Counted from the first letter of the stretch, positions 10,846-21,500 are shown. The stretch: 64,000 nucleotides of DNA from a candidate division WOR-3 bacterium UBA1063 (GCA_002316275.1 DCDE01000004.1:27434-91433); one strand, 5' to 3'. Notes: a model not told the origin generated them from the letters alone. A program made the numbers and translations.

Positions 10846-11715
10846 ATGGCTATATTGCTAAGCAGAAGTTCAAGGGTTGTGGTACAGGGGATTACAGGAA
10901 GGGATGGCTCTTTCCACGCAAAACTTATGAAAGAGTATGGCACAAAAGTAGTTGCAGGCGTTACACCAGGTAAGGGCGGCCTATTTGTTGATAGTATACC
11001 TGTATTTAACACAGTAAAGGATGCTATTGAAAAAGAAGGAGCAAACGTTTCGTGCATTTTCGTCCCTGCTCCATTTGCTGCTGATGCTATCATGGAAGCG
11101 GCTGACGCAGGAATAAAACTCATCGTGGTAATTACAGAGGGAATTCCAGTACAAGATATGATCAAAGCGGTCAAATTCGTTGAAGAAAAGGGGGCAAGAA
11201 TGATTGGTCCCAATTGTCCAGGCCTGATTACCCCAGACGAGTCAAAGGTAGGAATTCTCCCAGGTCACATTTTTTCGAGGGGTCCCGTTGGGGTTATCTC
11301 AAGGAGTGGCACCCTTACATACGAAATTGTAAGCCATCTAACAAACGCAGGTATTGGACAGTCTACAGCGATTGGAATTGGCGGGGACCCTGTGATTGGT
11401 TCAAAATTCATCGATCTCCTTAAACTTTTTAAGGATGACAGTGAAACTAAAGCTGTGGTATTGGTAGGAGAAATTGGTGGTACCGATGAACAGGACGCAG
11501 CCAACTATATTAAAAGTGAATTCCCAAAGCCCGTAGTTGCCTTTATTGCAGGAAGAACTGCTCCAAAAGAAAAAAGAATGGGCCACGCAGGGGCTATAAT
11601 CTCCGGAAGCGAAGGCACTGCAGAAGAGAAAACGAAAGCCTTTACTGATGCAAAGGTACCCGTTGCAAAAGAACCTCAGGAAGTTGCAAAAATACTGGAG
11701 CAGTTATTAGCATGA
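10846..11715 (+). CDS. sucD: Succinyl-CoA ligase alpha subunit
   Basis: 289 aa. '[14 protein letters not shown]' CoA-binding motif, phosphohistidine loop 'MGHAGAII'. SD 'aagggggag' upstream. No sucC adjacent. Confidence 0.85.
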   Translation: MAILLSRSSRVVVQGITGRDGSFHAKLMKEYGTKVVAGVTPGKGGLFVDSIPVFNTVKDAIEKEGANVSCIFVPAPFAADAIMEAADAGIKLIVVITEGIPVQDMIKAVKFVEEKGARMIGPNCPGLITPDESKVGILPGHIFSRGPVGVISRSGTLTYEIVSHLTNAGIGQSTAIGIGGDPVIGSKFIDLLKLFKDDSETKAVVLVGEIGGTDEQDAANYIKSEFPKPVVAFIAGRTAPKEKRMGHAGAIISGSEGTAEEKTKAFTDAKVPVAKEPQEVAKILEQLLA

Positions 11716-12209
11716 TGCTATTCTTTTCGATGCTAATCGCTTTAGAGGTCGATACTATTGTACAGAAATTCCAGCAATACGACTTTAAAGTAGATTTTTA
11801 CGAAACTGTTTACTATAAAAACACGAATATTGTCGACACATTTCAAGGCACTATAAAGAAGGTATCCGACAAAATGGAAATGAATATCACTACTCCTTAT
11901 AAGGGAAAGTATGAAATCTTCGGTGATACACTACTTTCAATAGTAGATGGTGACTCCAGCTTCTTCCCACTTGAAGAGGACGCCACTAAACTCTTGGATT
12001 TCAGTTTTTTGGGAGATACAACATCCCTCATCATACAAATAGAGGGCAATAGGATGGAACTTAAGCCCAGAGGGGATTCTTGGTTTAACTACATTAAATT
12101 ACTCGAAAAAGAAGAACTGCCAGTGACACTGGAAGTAGATGATAATGAGAAGGTTACAAAATTTTACTTTAATAATTGGAGATTCTATGAAAGAAAAACT
12201 CGAAAGTAA
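11712..12209 (+). CDS. Hypothetical protein (N-terminal hydrophobic segment)
   Basis: 165 aa ORF. ATGA overlap with the sucD stop. No motif recognised. Confidence 0.4.
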   Translation: MMLFFSMLIALEVDTIVQKFQQYDFKVDFYETVYYKNTNIVDTFQGTIKKVSDKMEMNITTPYKGKYEIFGDTLLSIVDGDSSFFPLEEDATKLLDFSFLGDTTSLIIQIEGNRMELKPRGDSWFNYIKLLEKEELPVTLEVDDNEKVTKFYFNNWRFYERKTRK

Positions 12210-12594
12210 CCAATTCTGCTTTGTATGTGGACAAGAAAACCCGAGGGGCCTTCGAGTAAAGATTCAAAGAAATAAAGATGAACGCTTCATAAGAATAGCT
12301 CTTGATAGTACTTTTGAAGGCTATAAGGGCGTTGTCCATGGAGGTATCCTCGTATCTCTTATGGACGAAGTAATGGCATATGCAGTGTCCGACGATAATT
12401 ACTGGGGCATTACTGCATCTCTTGAGGTAAAATTCAGAAAAGTAGTAAGCTCACAAAAAACCATCATAGTATCCGGTAAGGCTCTCGAGAAAAAGCGTTT
12501 ATGGGCAAAGGCAGAAGCCCGGATAAGATATGAGAACGAAGAGGACGTCTTAGCTGAAGCCGAAGGTTTATTCAAGTTAATTCCTAATAAGTGA
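12187..12594 (+). CDS. Hotdog-fold thioesterase (PaaI/YbgC-like) with N-terminal CxxC
   Basis: 'FCFVCGQENPRGL' followed by 'GVVHGGILVSLMDEVMAYA', a typical hotdog thioesterase core. Internal ATG at 12187 is preferred over the ORF-track start at 12139. Confidence 0.6.
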   Translation: MKEKLESNQFCFVCGQENPRGLRVKIQRNKDERFIRIALDSTFEGYKGVVHGGILVSLMDEVMAYAVSDDNYWGITASLEVKFRKVVSSQKTIIVSGKALEKKRLWAKAEARIRYENEEDVLAEAEGLFKLIPNK

Positions 12595-13000
12595 CCTCAT
12601 AGAAAATTAATTTTACCACTGACCTTTAACAAGAACGTTTCAGGGGAAATAGTTTATAGTCTCACATACTAGTAGAATTTGAAATCCAGTCTTTTTCAAA
12701 AATACAATATTTACCTTTCAAAAGCTACAGACCGCGGGTGTCTATAGGGGAAGGAATTCTATAATTTAACTTTCAAGCATTATAAACGCTGCCTTTATAG
12801 GTATTTAACTGCTGCAGAGCTACAAATATACCCATCAAACACAAAAATCTCTTAAATTCTCTATAATCTTCGTATCCAAAATCGATAGGATTTTAGAGAG
12901 TTCCCATAATTTAATCTTTAACCTGAAAAATCACCCTTCCACCTTTTCTGAACCTATCGGCTTTAATATTTAGGTCACACAACTATTCCGTTTATTCCCA

Positions 13001-13948
13001 TTACCAGATATTCAGGATTTGCCCTGATTCAAGAGTTATTCGTAGAAAGCTCCTGTGCTGCGAATCATCAAATTCGTATTTAACACCCTTAACATCTCCA
13101 ATATCAGTTTTATTTCCCAAAAAGTTACCATCTATAGGCCGATACTTTCTATCACCGCTATCATGCTGTATGCTTGAGATCTCAGTATCTAAAAGGAAAG
13201 TAACATTGGAATATACTGATGTTACACTAACGCTTCTTGTAGAATCGCGGTGGCATTCCACTGCCACTCGAACGGTATCACCATAAATCTGGTCTTCCGC
13301 CATCCTTACTACACCACCATCAATTGACCCGACAAAAGTAGGATCCATACTTTCGATTCCAGCAGAGAGGTATTGCGCAGCAACATCACTGGTCCGGGAA
13401 TTCAAAGATAGCACCGTCCCATCAATTTCAAAGTTTGAAGTATATAGTCTCTCTTGGTTCTTCTTGAGGTCTAAACTACCACTTATAATATGAAGATATT
13501 GTGAGATTTCCCTATAGCTATGTACACTCAAAATAAGATCCAACGTATCCGCACCATTAAGCCACTTCAAAGAGATTAGGGAATCGGATGGATAAATTTT
13601 GACCCAGCCTGAATCACTATAAAGATATTCACCAAATGAACTATAGCTATTAATGTACAAGTTCCCATAAACATAAACCGTGTTGATAAAAGGTGTAGGG
13701 TCTGTCGGATCTTGGACCCAAAATGCTTTATCAATACCGACAAGAATCGGTATTCCCTCGGGCTCGGGGAGCTGTGCAAGTTGAATCACTACCTCGTTGG
13801 AATCTAAATCCTTGTACAATTCACTGAGTTCCTGTACTGCTAACACTGCTTCATCTTCGTAAAGAAACGATATTTTTTTACAGGACAGAGAAATACACAA
13901 TACAACCAAAATTAATAGAATGCTACACTTCTTCATCTTCACCTCCAC
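13001..13948 (-). CDS. Hypothetical secreted protein
   Basis: 315 aa. N-terminal signal-like 'MKKCSILLILVVLCISLSC'. No recognisable domain. Lies 41 nt downstream of the cyclase-STAND gene on the same strand. Confidence 0.4.
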   Translation of the reverse strand: MEVKMKKCSILLILVVLCISLSCKKISFLYEDEAVLAVQELSELYKDLDSNEVVIQLAQLPEPEGIPILVGIDKAFWVQDPTDPTPFINTVYVYGNLYINSYSSFGEYLYSDSGWVKIYPSDSLISLKWLNGADTLDLILSVHSYREISQYLHIISGSLDLKKNQERLYTSNFEIDGTVLSLNSRTSDVAAQYLSAGIESMDPTFVGSIDGGVVRMAEDQIYGDTVRVAVECHRDSTRSVSVTSVYSNVTFLLDTEISSIQHDSGDRKYRPIDGNFLGNKTDIGDVKGVKYEFDDSQHRSFLRITLESGQILNIW

Positions 13949-13989
13949 CTGAATATTTTACTCTCAGAATGATTTTCAGTCAATATTTT

Positions 13990-16900
13990 TTAGTTAAAAG
14001 ATTGCAAAACGGCAAGCAACAAATGTGCACCGTGCTCCCTAAGCATACCAAACAGATATACGCGGCCCCTTGGATCCGAAATCCTTGGGAAGTTATCAAT
14101 ATCTATAATGAGTCTTAGGTTTTCTTCTTTAAGGAGCGAAGATAGGGAACTCATCCTTTCGCCACCAAGTATTAGGAATAACGTTAGCCAAGACAATCTT
14201 AGTTCTGGCGAGGATCTCTTGACACTATCAAACCATGCCGACAGCGTTTCGAGATCAGGATATGTAATCTGCATCCCGCAAAGGTACTGCACCAAACCTG
14301 CATTTATAAGACTCTCCACATTTCTCAACCCCGAATCCGAAAGTATCACAAATGCTCGGGATTCAATGATCATCTGCTTCGCACCCTCATAATCACCCAA
14401 CAACGCCTTTATTGCTGCTTGGTACACTCGTACTTGAAAGATCCTGCTCTTATTATCCAAACGGAAAAATATCTCTTCAACCCTTTTAAACACCTCTAAT
14501 GCAACGTTAAAATCCATCTTGCAGTATGCTAATACACCTTTGAGTAAATATAAAATCCCGAGCTTCGAAGGAGGTAAACCAGGAGATAATAAAAGTACTT
14601 CATCGAGAAGGTCTGCTACCTTCTCATAACCGTATAACTCAAGATAGATTCCAGCCAGGTTAATTGTTGTCTCGGCAAGATAGTCTGCTAATTTCAAATC
14701 TCTAAAAATTTTTCTTGCTTCTTCAAAGTGATGTCTCGCCTCATCGAGCTGCTGACGGTTTAAAAACACCCTTCCAAGATTATTCAGAGTGACCGCCAGT
14801 AAAAATCTACTTCCCGTCTTTTTCACAATGTCAAGAGCCTTTACCAAATGCTCCTCGGCAACTTCTAATTCCCATTTACTTAGGTAAATCTGACTCACAT
14901 TGATCAAGATTTTTGCTTGAGACACAAACTCCCCAATTTCTTCAAAAATCAATTTTGCCCTATCATAATAGGAAATTGCCTCACTAAGATTACCATTTAT
15001 TTGTTCTATATTGCCGAGAAGGTTAAAATCAGCGCCGAGAGTTTTCAAAGCATCACGTGAGCTAAGACCAAAACTTTCAATAGTTTTGATACTTAAATGG
15101 CCATAAGTAGCTGCATCTTTTAAATCATCCATCCTCCAGTATACCCACGCTTTCTTGTAGTTTGCATACGCTTTGATTTCTGGATCAGAGGATTCAGATG
15201 CACGGCAAAGATATCGAAAGGCTTCATCAAACTTTGATAACTTTTCATATATGCTAGACATCAATATCTCGTATCTCAGCTGAAGTATCGATCCATCTCC
15301 AAGAGCAGAAACATTTGAACTTAGGATATCCAGAGCGTCTTCGTACTCACCCATTCCTTCAAGGCATTGGGCAATTTTATAAGCCACCTCAGGATTTACC
15401 TTTAGGCTCCGGTAAGCTTGTAAAGCATAACTATAAAAACCCTTTGAAAACGCAACATCGCCAGCCATTTCGTAGTATTCAGTAGCCTTTTCGCCATTAT
15501 TAGATTTCTCAAAGTGTGACGCAGTCAGGAAGAGTAGATGCTCATCTTTTCCCTCTAACTTTTCAAACTCCACTGCCACAATACTATGGAGCCTCTCTTT
15601 CTCTTTTCTCGTTAAAAGGGAATATATAGCATCCTTTAGTAGTTCGTTTCTAAAAATGTATTCATAGTCTCCTGGGATATATGTGAATCCCTGAGAGATG
15701 ATAAATCCTTCCTTTTCTAACATATTTAGACTACTTTCTACACTTCTTTGTAAAACTTTTGCGAGAATATTCTTCCAGAAGTGATTTCCAATCACCGAGG
15801 CAGCTTTTATAAGATCTTTTTCATCCTCAGGAAGTCTATCTACAAACGCAACGAGTACGCTATTTATGCTTTCAGGCATTGAGAAATCTTCCGCCTTTAT
15901 CCTAAGAGGTCCATAAACAAGTAGGTCCCTCTCCCTAAGATAATAAACAAGTTCTTCGATAAAATATGGGTTACCGCGAGTTTTGGCCAAGAGCATGCTC
16001 AAAAATTCATCAGAAATTTCATCTGAATTACTTTGTAATACCGAGCGGCAGACCTCTTTTACGAATCCTTCTCCCATTCCTGTAAGTTCGATACTATAAT
16101 CAAAGTCAACCTCTTCTAAAAGCTCCCTCGAAATAAAAATAAAAATCAATGAACCAGCCCTTATTTCTTCTTTTAATCCTATAAAAAAGTTTTTCGACTC
16201 CCTGTCTACAAACTGAGCATCATCAAGAAATACAACTACACTTCCAAGGTCGCCAAGAGCTGCTTCAAAAATTCTCTGCATCTCCGTTTTAATTTCCCTA
16301 AGTACTTCAGTAGAAAAAAACAGATCTCCTTTAATAACACTTAAAATCTTTATAGATACCAATTCTGCATCATTCTTTGAGAAACCGTGCTTATTTTCAA
16401 GGTAATGGGCTACACTGGTAATGTCCAGTACTCCTGAAATTACTCGCCCTAAAATATCCTGCAAAATTTTCTCAACAGCATACATAGGAGTCTGTTTTAT
16501 GGAATCACACCTCAGATAAAAAGTCTTAATATCCGGAAATTCCGTTAGAATTCCACCCTTTAGTTCTGCACAAAAACGTGTCTTACCAATCCCAGCTTCA
16601 CCTACAACCCCTCCGATATGCACACCTGGTCTCTCGACACTACCCTTTATCCAGCCTAAAATACTCTCCATCTCCGCCTCTCGACCGGAGAAAGGGGTCT
16701 TGAATCTTCCTTGAATGAAGAACTCACTTTCCATAGATTTTTCACCCAGAACCTCAAAAAGATGGATTGGTTCTTCTCTACCCTTAACCCTTACGAGCCC
16801 AATTTCTTTGAAATAGAAATCCTGGAACGTCAGATTGACAAGGGATTCTGTGACATATATTTTCCCGGGTCCAGCAATCTCTTCTATTCTCTGAGCAACA

Positions 16901-17301
16901 TTCACAGTATCACCAAGCACCGTAGGTTTTTCTCCCGCAATTGAAGACCATAAAACCTCACCAGTGTTCACACCAATCCTCATTTTTATATTGACCCTTT
17001 CAATAGAATTCAGCTTTTCAAGGTATTTCTGCATGGCAATTGAAGTCAAAATAGCCCTTCTCGCATCATCACCGTAAGCAACTGGTGCACCAAATACTGC
17101 CATTACAGCATCCCCTATAAATTTGTCCAGATAACCACCATTTCTCTCTATAATTTCTTTAAACTCTTTGAAAATCTTATCAATTAATTCTTGAAGGTCC
17201 TCAGGATCAAGAAATTCGGAAAGGCTGGTAAAACCCTTAATATCACCAAAGATTACAGTTACACTTCTCCTTTCAGGCTTTATCAACTTGCTTGTATACA
17301 T
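13990..17301 (-). CDS. Class III adenylyl cyclase domain, STAND/AAA_16 ATPase, TPR-repeat signalling protein
   Basis: N-terminal 'VTVIFGDIKGFTSLSE', 'DKFIGDAVMAVFGAP' and 'GDTVNVAQRIEE' form a class III cyclase core. Walker A 'GEAGIGKT' and Walker B 'VVVFLDDAQ' are intact. About 600 C-terminal residues are TPR-like repeats. Confidence 0.8.
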   Translation of the reverse strand: MYTSKLIKPERRSVTVIFGDIKGFTSLSEFLDPEDLQELIDKIFKEFKEIIERNGGYLDKFIGDAVMAVFGAPVAYGDDARRAILTSIAMQKYLEKLNSIERVNIKMRIGVNTGEVLWSSIAGEKPTVLGDTVNVAQRIEEIAGPGKIYVTESLVNLTFQDFYFKEIGLVRVKGREEPIHLFEVLGEKSMESEFFIQGRFKTPFSGREAEMESILGWIKGSVERPGVHIGGVVGEAGIGKTRFCAELKGGILTEFPDIKTFYLRCDSIKQTPMYAVEKILQDILGRVISGVLDITSVAHYLENKHGFSKNDAELVSIKILSVIKGDLFFSTEVLREIKTEMQRIFEAALGDLGSVVVFLDDAQFVDRESKNFFIGLKEEIRAGSLIFIFISRELLEEVDFDYSIELTGMGEGFVKEVCRSVLQSNSDEISDEFLSMLLAKTRGNPYFIEELVYYLRERDLLVYGPLRIKAEDFSMPESINSVLVAFVDRLPEDEKDLIKAASVIGNHFWKNILAKVLQRSVESSLNMLEKEGFIISQGFTYIPGDYEYIFRNELLKDAIYSLLTRKEKERLHSIVAVEFEKLEGKDEHLLFLTASHFEKSNNGEKATEYYEMAGDVAFSKGFYSYALQAYRSLKVNPEVAYKIAQCLEGMGEYEDALDILSSNVSALGDGSILQLRYEILMSSIYEKLSKFDEAFRYLCRASESSDPEIKAYANYKKAWVYWRMDDLKDAATYGHLSIKTIESFGLSSRDALKTLGADFNLLGNIEQINGNLSEAISYYDRAKLIFEEIGEFVSQAKILINVSQIYLSKWELEVAEEHLVKALDIVKKTGSRFLLAVTLNNLGRVFLNRQQLDEARHHFEEARKIFRDLKLADYLAETTINLAGIYLELYGYEKVADLLDEVLLLSPGLPPSKLGILYLLKGVLAYCKMDFNVALEVFKRVEEIFFRLDNKSRIFQVRVYQAAIKALLGDYEGAKQMIIESRAFVILSDSGLRNVESLINAGLVQYLCGMQITYPDLETLSAWFDSVKRSSPELRLSWLTLFLILGGERMSSLSSLLKEENLRLIIDIDNFPRISDPRGRVYLFGMLREHGAHLLLAVLQSFN

Positions 17302-17324
17302 AGGATAAATTATTATATAGGATT

Positions 17325-17684
17325 ATGTGGGTTCTGTGGGGGATTTTAGTAGGCCTCATAGCTGGCGTGGTGAGTGGTTTTTTTGGTATCGGTGGGGCAA
17401 CCATTTTGACTCCTATATTAATATATGTTTTCAAAATGGGCCAGCATATGGCTCAAGGAACTTCGTTAGCCGCACTTCTATTACCTGTTGGGCTTTTAGC
17501 GTTTCTTCAATATTATAAAGCTGGTAACTCTGATATAAAGTTAGGCTTGTGCATTGCAGTAGGACTGTTCTTGGGTGGGTATTTTGGTGGTATGTTTGCT
17601 CAAAAGGTAAATGCCTTAGCTCTTCGGAAAGCTTTTGCAGTATATCTTATAATAGTTGGAATCCAGCTCTTTTTCAAAAAATAG
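17325..17684 (+). CDS. TauE/SafE (TSUP) family membrane protein, half-size (4 TM)
   Basis: 119 aa. 'GFFGIGGATILTPILI' is the TauE/SafE repeat signature, present in one copy instead of the usual two. Confidence 0.5.
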   Translation: MWVLWGILVGLIAGVVSGFFGIGGATILTPILIYVFKMGQHMAQGTSLAALLLPVGLLAFLQYYKAGNSDIKLGLCIAVGLFLGGYFGGMFAQKVNALALRKAFAVYLIIVGIQLFFKK

Positions 17685-18219
17685 TAAGATCTTGAAATTT
17701 GTTCCTGAACTTATAAAATAGCTTCCCGCTGGTATAACCAACCAATGCTCCAAAAATTACATCTGTGGGCCAGTGCCTCCTAAGATAAACTCTTGAAAGT
17801 GACACCCCGCTTGCCCACAGATACAAAGGCAGGCTATATGTAGGGTGCATAGCGCTGTAGTAAGAGGCGACATAAAATGCAACAGATGCATGCCCTGATG
17901 GAAAAGAGGAATTACTACGCGTGGTGTAGAAACCATCAGGCCTATCTCTGTTCGTCACGTACTTCAGCGATTGAACTAAGAGGGATGTGGTACCAAGTCC
18001 AAGGGTATAGGACCTCATTGAGCCTGCATCGAATGGGTCTTTAAACGACCAATAGAGTAAAGAACAAAAAAGTATAGGCTCACTTTCCGCACTTTTACTC
18101 ATTGTCTCAAACACTACATCACAGAAAGGTGAACGAAGGCCTCCAGCTACAATTTCCAAGCCTATAGAATCAGCGCTCTGGATTGAGAATAACAGCAAAA
18201 ACTCTAGAATGAATTTCAC
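17674..18219 (-). CDS. PAP2 family (type 2 phosphatidic acid phosphatase-like) membrane phosphatase
   Basis: Three PAP2 motifs present: 'KYVTNRDRP', 'PSGH', 'SRVYLRRHWPTD'. Confidence 0.7.
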   Translation of the reverse strand: MKFILEFLLLFSIQSADSIGLEIVAGGLRSPFCDVVFETMSKSAESEPILFCSLLYWSFKDPFDAGSMRSYTLGLGTTSLLVQSLKYVTNRDRPDGFYTTRSNSSFPSGHASVAFYVASYYSAMHPTYSLPLYLWASGVSLSRVYLRRHWPTDVIFGALVGYTSGKLFYKFRNKFQDLTIF

Positions 18220-18479
18220 AATTCAAGCCTCCTTTTAACTTCTTCAAGGGTAAAATCTTCGAGGATTTCTACAAGTTTATTTCGTGACTTAATGCCAGAT
18301 ACAACCCTAACTTTACTCTCAGGAATATCCATTTTCTTACACAGAAACCTTATTAGATCTTCGTTAGCCTTCCCCTGCACAGGATCTTCTTTTACCATAA
18401 CAACGATCTTATCACCTAATAACTTCACACCATATCCCTTCGATGACGGCTCTACTTTTATTCGCATGATTAAACTCAT
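18216..18479 (-). CDS. DUF167/YggU family protein
   Basis: 87 aa. 'IKVEPSSKGYGVKLLGDKIVVMVKEDPVQGKANEDL...KVRVVSGIKSRNKLVEI' matches the YggU pattern. Overlaps the PAP2 start. Confidence 0.6.
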   Translation of the reverse strand: MSLIMRIKVEPSSKGYGVKLLGDKIVVMVKEDPVQGKANEDLIRFLCKKMDIPESKVRVVSGIKSRNKLVEILEDFTLEEVKRRLEL

Positions 18480-18589
18480 TTATATATTATAATGTGCCAA
18501 CAGCGAATTCTGGCCCAGGGAACTATCATCAGTCTAGCTTTTTAAACCATTTGCATTTTAACAAAGTCCCTTTTAAAATTATATTTGAG

Positions 18590-21500
18590 ATGAACGAAAT
18601 TCTTAAAGAACCTTTAACTCAACTTTATCACCATAACTATTTTATTATCCGTATTGAAGAAGAAGTATACAGAGCAAAGAGAAAAGGCCTTGGGCTCAGC
18701 CTGATCTTTATAGATATAGATTTTTTCAAGATGATAAACGATAACTTCGGGCATCAGGTAGGAGATGAAGTCCTCAAACAATTTTCAATGGATTTGAAAG
18801 ACACAGTGAGGGAATCCGATCTGATATTTAGGTATGGTGGAGATGAATTCACGATTATTTTACCCGAAGCCTCTATAGATGACGCAATTAAAATATCTCA
18901 GAGAATCAAAGGAACCGTTGAAAAACAAGGCTATGGCCCTTCGGGAAGCTTGAGAATCTCGTTGAGCGTAGGCATATCACAGTTCCCCATCGATAGTGTT
19001 AATCCGGCTGATTTGATACAAAAGGCCGATGAAAGAAACCTTATTAGCAAAAGAACTGGAAGAGGTAAAATAGTATATAAAGACAATGTAGTGGAAGAAT
19101 CGCAAACTATTTCTCTCTCTTCTGTGAGGATGGTCGGAAGAGAAAAAGAAATTAAGAGTTTTACGCAACTTTTAACTGAATTTGCCAACTCCGATCGCAG
19201 GTTTATTGCCATCTTGAATGGTGTGAAAGGGAGCGGAATTACAAGACTTATTGAGGAAATTTCGAACATTGCGGCTATTGTTAGAATCAAACCGATCAAT
19301 GTTACCCTCGTAGAGAAAGATCTTACAGACCGACTTGCGCTGGTAAGATCCATATTGAAGGAACTTTTGAAAGACGAAAAGGAAGAAGTCACTGGAGAAT
19401 ATGCAAATATTTTCGTTTATCCCCAAAAGGAAACACCCCGCGAAGATTTAACAGTAATTAGTAACGAACAAAAGTTAATTGATACTGTTTTAGAATTACT
19501 TTCTAAAAGGTCAAAAAATCAAAAAATACTTCTTACCATCAATAATGGGCAACTTATTTCTAAAGAAAGCATGCCTTTGCTCGTTCAGATATTACAATCC
19601 AGTAAGGCAAAAGATGCCTCTCTTATCATAGCTGAAAAAGGAAGAAATGGTTTTGAAAAGGAACTATCGTCACTTTCCGAGGTAATACATTATTTTGAAG
19701 TGTTACCACTAACAAGAGAAGAGGTAAAAACCCTACTGTGGCAAATATTGAGATCGGAGCCAGATGAAAACTTCCTGGATTGGATAATGGCACAAACCGC
19801 AGGGCGACCCTTGTACATTGATAAGATTTTAAACATCCTACTACTCTCAAATAAGCTTTCCCCAGCTGAAAACCACTGGATTTTGAGTGACGATTATTAT
19901 ATAGGAGTAGAAAATACCTTCCTACCGCTGGTTGAAGAGATATCAAGCCTCACACCGCAGGAGAGGGACGTGCTTGAAGTCTGTGCAGTATACAACATCA
20001 GTTTCTCTTGCTCGGTAATTGCGGCACTTACGGAGCTACCCGTTACTGAAATAGACGAGATTTTTAATAGCCTCTGTACAAAAGGATATTTAGAAGAGAT
20101 TATCCCATATAATCTCTATAGATTCCCCAACCAACTGATAAAAGAAATAGTCTATTTTCAAATCCCAAAAGAAAAACGCACAAAAATGCATTTTAAAATT
20201 GCACGCATGCTTGACAATAACCCTGAAGAAATATCAAGACTTAACCCTCAGATCCTATATGAACACTACGTAAATGGCGGTATGGAACATAAAGCAATTC
20301 CCCACATTGAGTCAATGATTAGAAATGCAATTAAAAAGAAGGAATTTAAAAAGGCGACTGAACTCATTCAGAGAATTTTTGAAATCGAAGATAATAAACT
20401 TCAAGTTTCTGAGCAGATCGGCCTTTTAAGGGAACTTGGAATGTGTTTAAAAAATGTTGGAGACTTTGACTCAAGTTTTGCAAAGTTGAAACAAGCACTT
20501 GAACTTGCACAAAAGCACGGAGAAAAATATGAAGAAGCCCTCGTGAGGCTTGAAATGACGAGGATCCAATACACTAACCGAGATGAACATGAATTTCTTA
20601 CAAACATTGAACAAATTCAACAGATTGGAAGTCAACTGAATGACCACAGAATCCTTGCAAAAGCTCTTGTGGATAAAGCTTTATATTATTATGATTTTGA
20701 AAAAAAACCAACTAAAGCTATACTGACTCTCGATGAAGCTCTGGATCTTTTAAAAGAAGAAGAAGACCATGAATTGCTTACAAGAATCTATGGGAATTTA
20801 GGGAATTTTTATGCGCACCTAAAACAATATCAGAAGGCAAAGGAAAACTTTGAGATTGCCCTTTATCATGCAAGAATCTGCAACAATCCGGATTACATCT
20901 GCACAATAATGCTCAACTACGGTGTAATCCAATCTATTTTGGAGGATTTAGAAAACAGCAGGAAAACTTTAGAAAAAACCCTGGAATTCGCGAAGAGAGA
21001 GAATATAATGTACCTGATGCCCCATCTATATTCAAATCTGGCAATGATATATGTCAACTACGGAGAGTATTCAATTGCAATCAAATACATGGAAAAAACT
21101 ATAGATTACGCAAAGGAAATGGACCTCAAAGCAGATGTCACTACTTATGAAACATACCTTTACGGAATCAGGTCATATCTGGGTGACCAAGAGTACTACA
21201 CTTCAAAACTTGAGGAAATTGTTGAAAAAGAGTTACATAACACCGAGGCTTGGGAAAGGGCTAATTGCTACCTTATAAATAACTATTCTTTCCTGGGGAA
21301 ATTATCAAACCTGGAAAAAATCTATAAGAATATGTCCAATTTTAGGAACCTTATGCTAAAAAATGCTGCCGAGATTACATTGTACGAAAACATTATCATC
21401 TTCTCAAAAGAAAGTAAAAAACTTATAGACTTCATTAAACAGAAGGAAAAAGAATCAATTACCAAAGCCGATTCCATAGGCAAAGTCAACTCTGGCACAG

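Noticed and set aside
10812-11213. 133-aa minus-strand ORF antisense to sucD
   Set aside because: Entirely embedded in the well-supported sucD gene on the opposite strand, with a low-complexity translation. Shadow ORF.
12595-13000. Possible CRISPR array or mobile-element remnant in the AT-rich gap
   Set aside because: Only one short 9-nt motif repeats. There is no regular repeat-spacer periodicity, no cas genes, and no inverted terminal repeats or transposase.
18494-18589. Upstream extension of the GGDEF gene ('MPTANSGPGNYHQSS...')
   Set aside because: Non-conserved, low-complexity N-terminus. The GGDEF domain alignment begins right after Met33. A TATA-rich box precedes the 18590 ATG.
18931-19946. 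Minus-strand ORFs (153, 84 and 106 aa) inside the GGDEF-STAND gene
   Set aside because: Overlapped completely by the 1115-aa plus-strand gene, which has clear domain motifs. No independent support.
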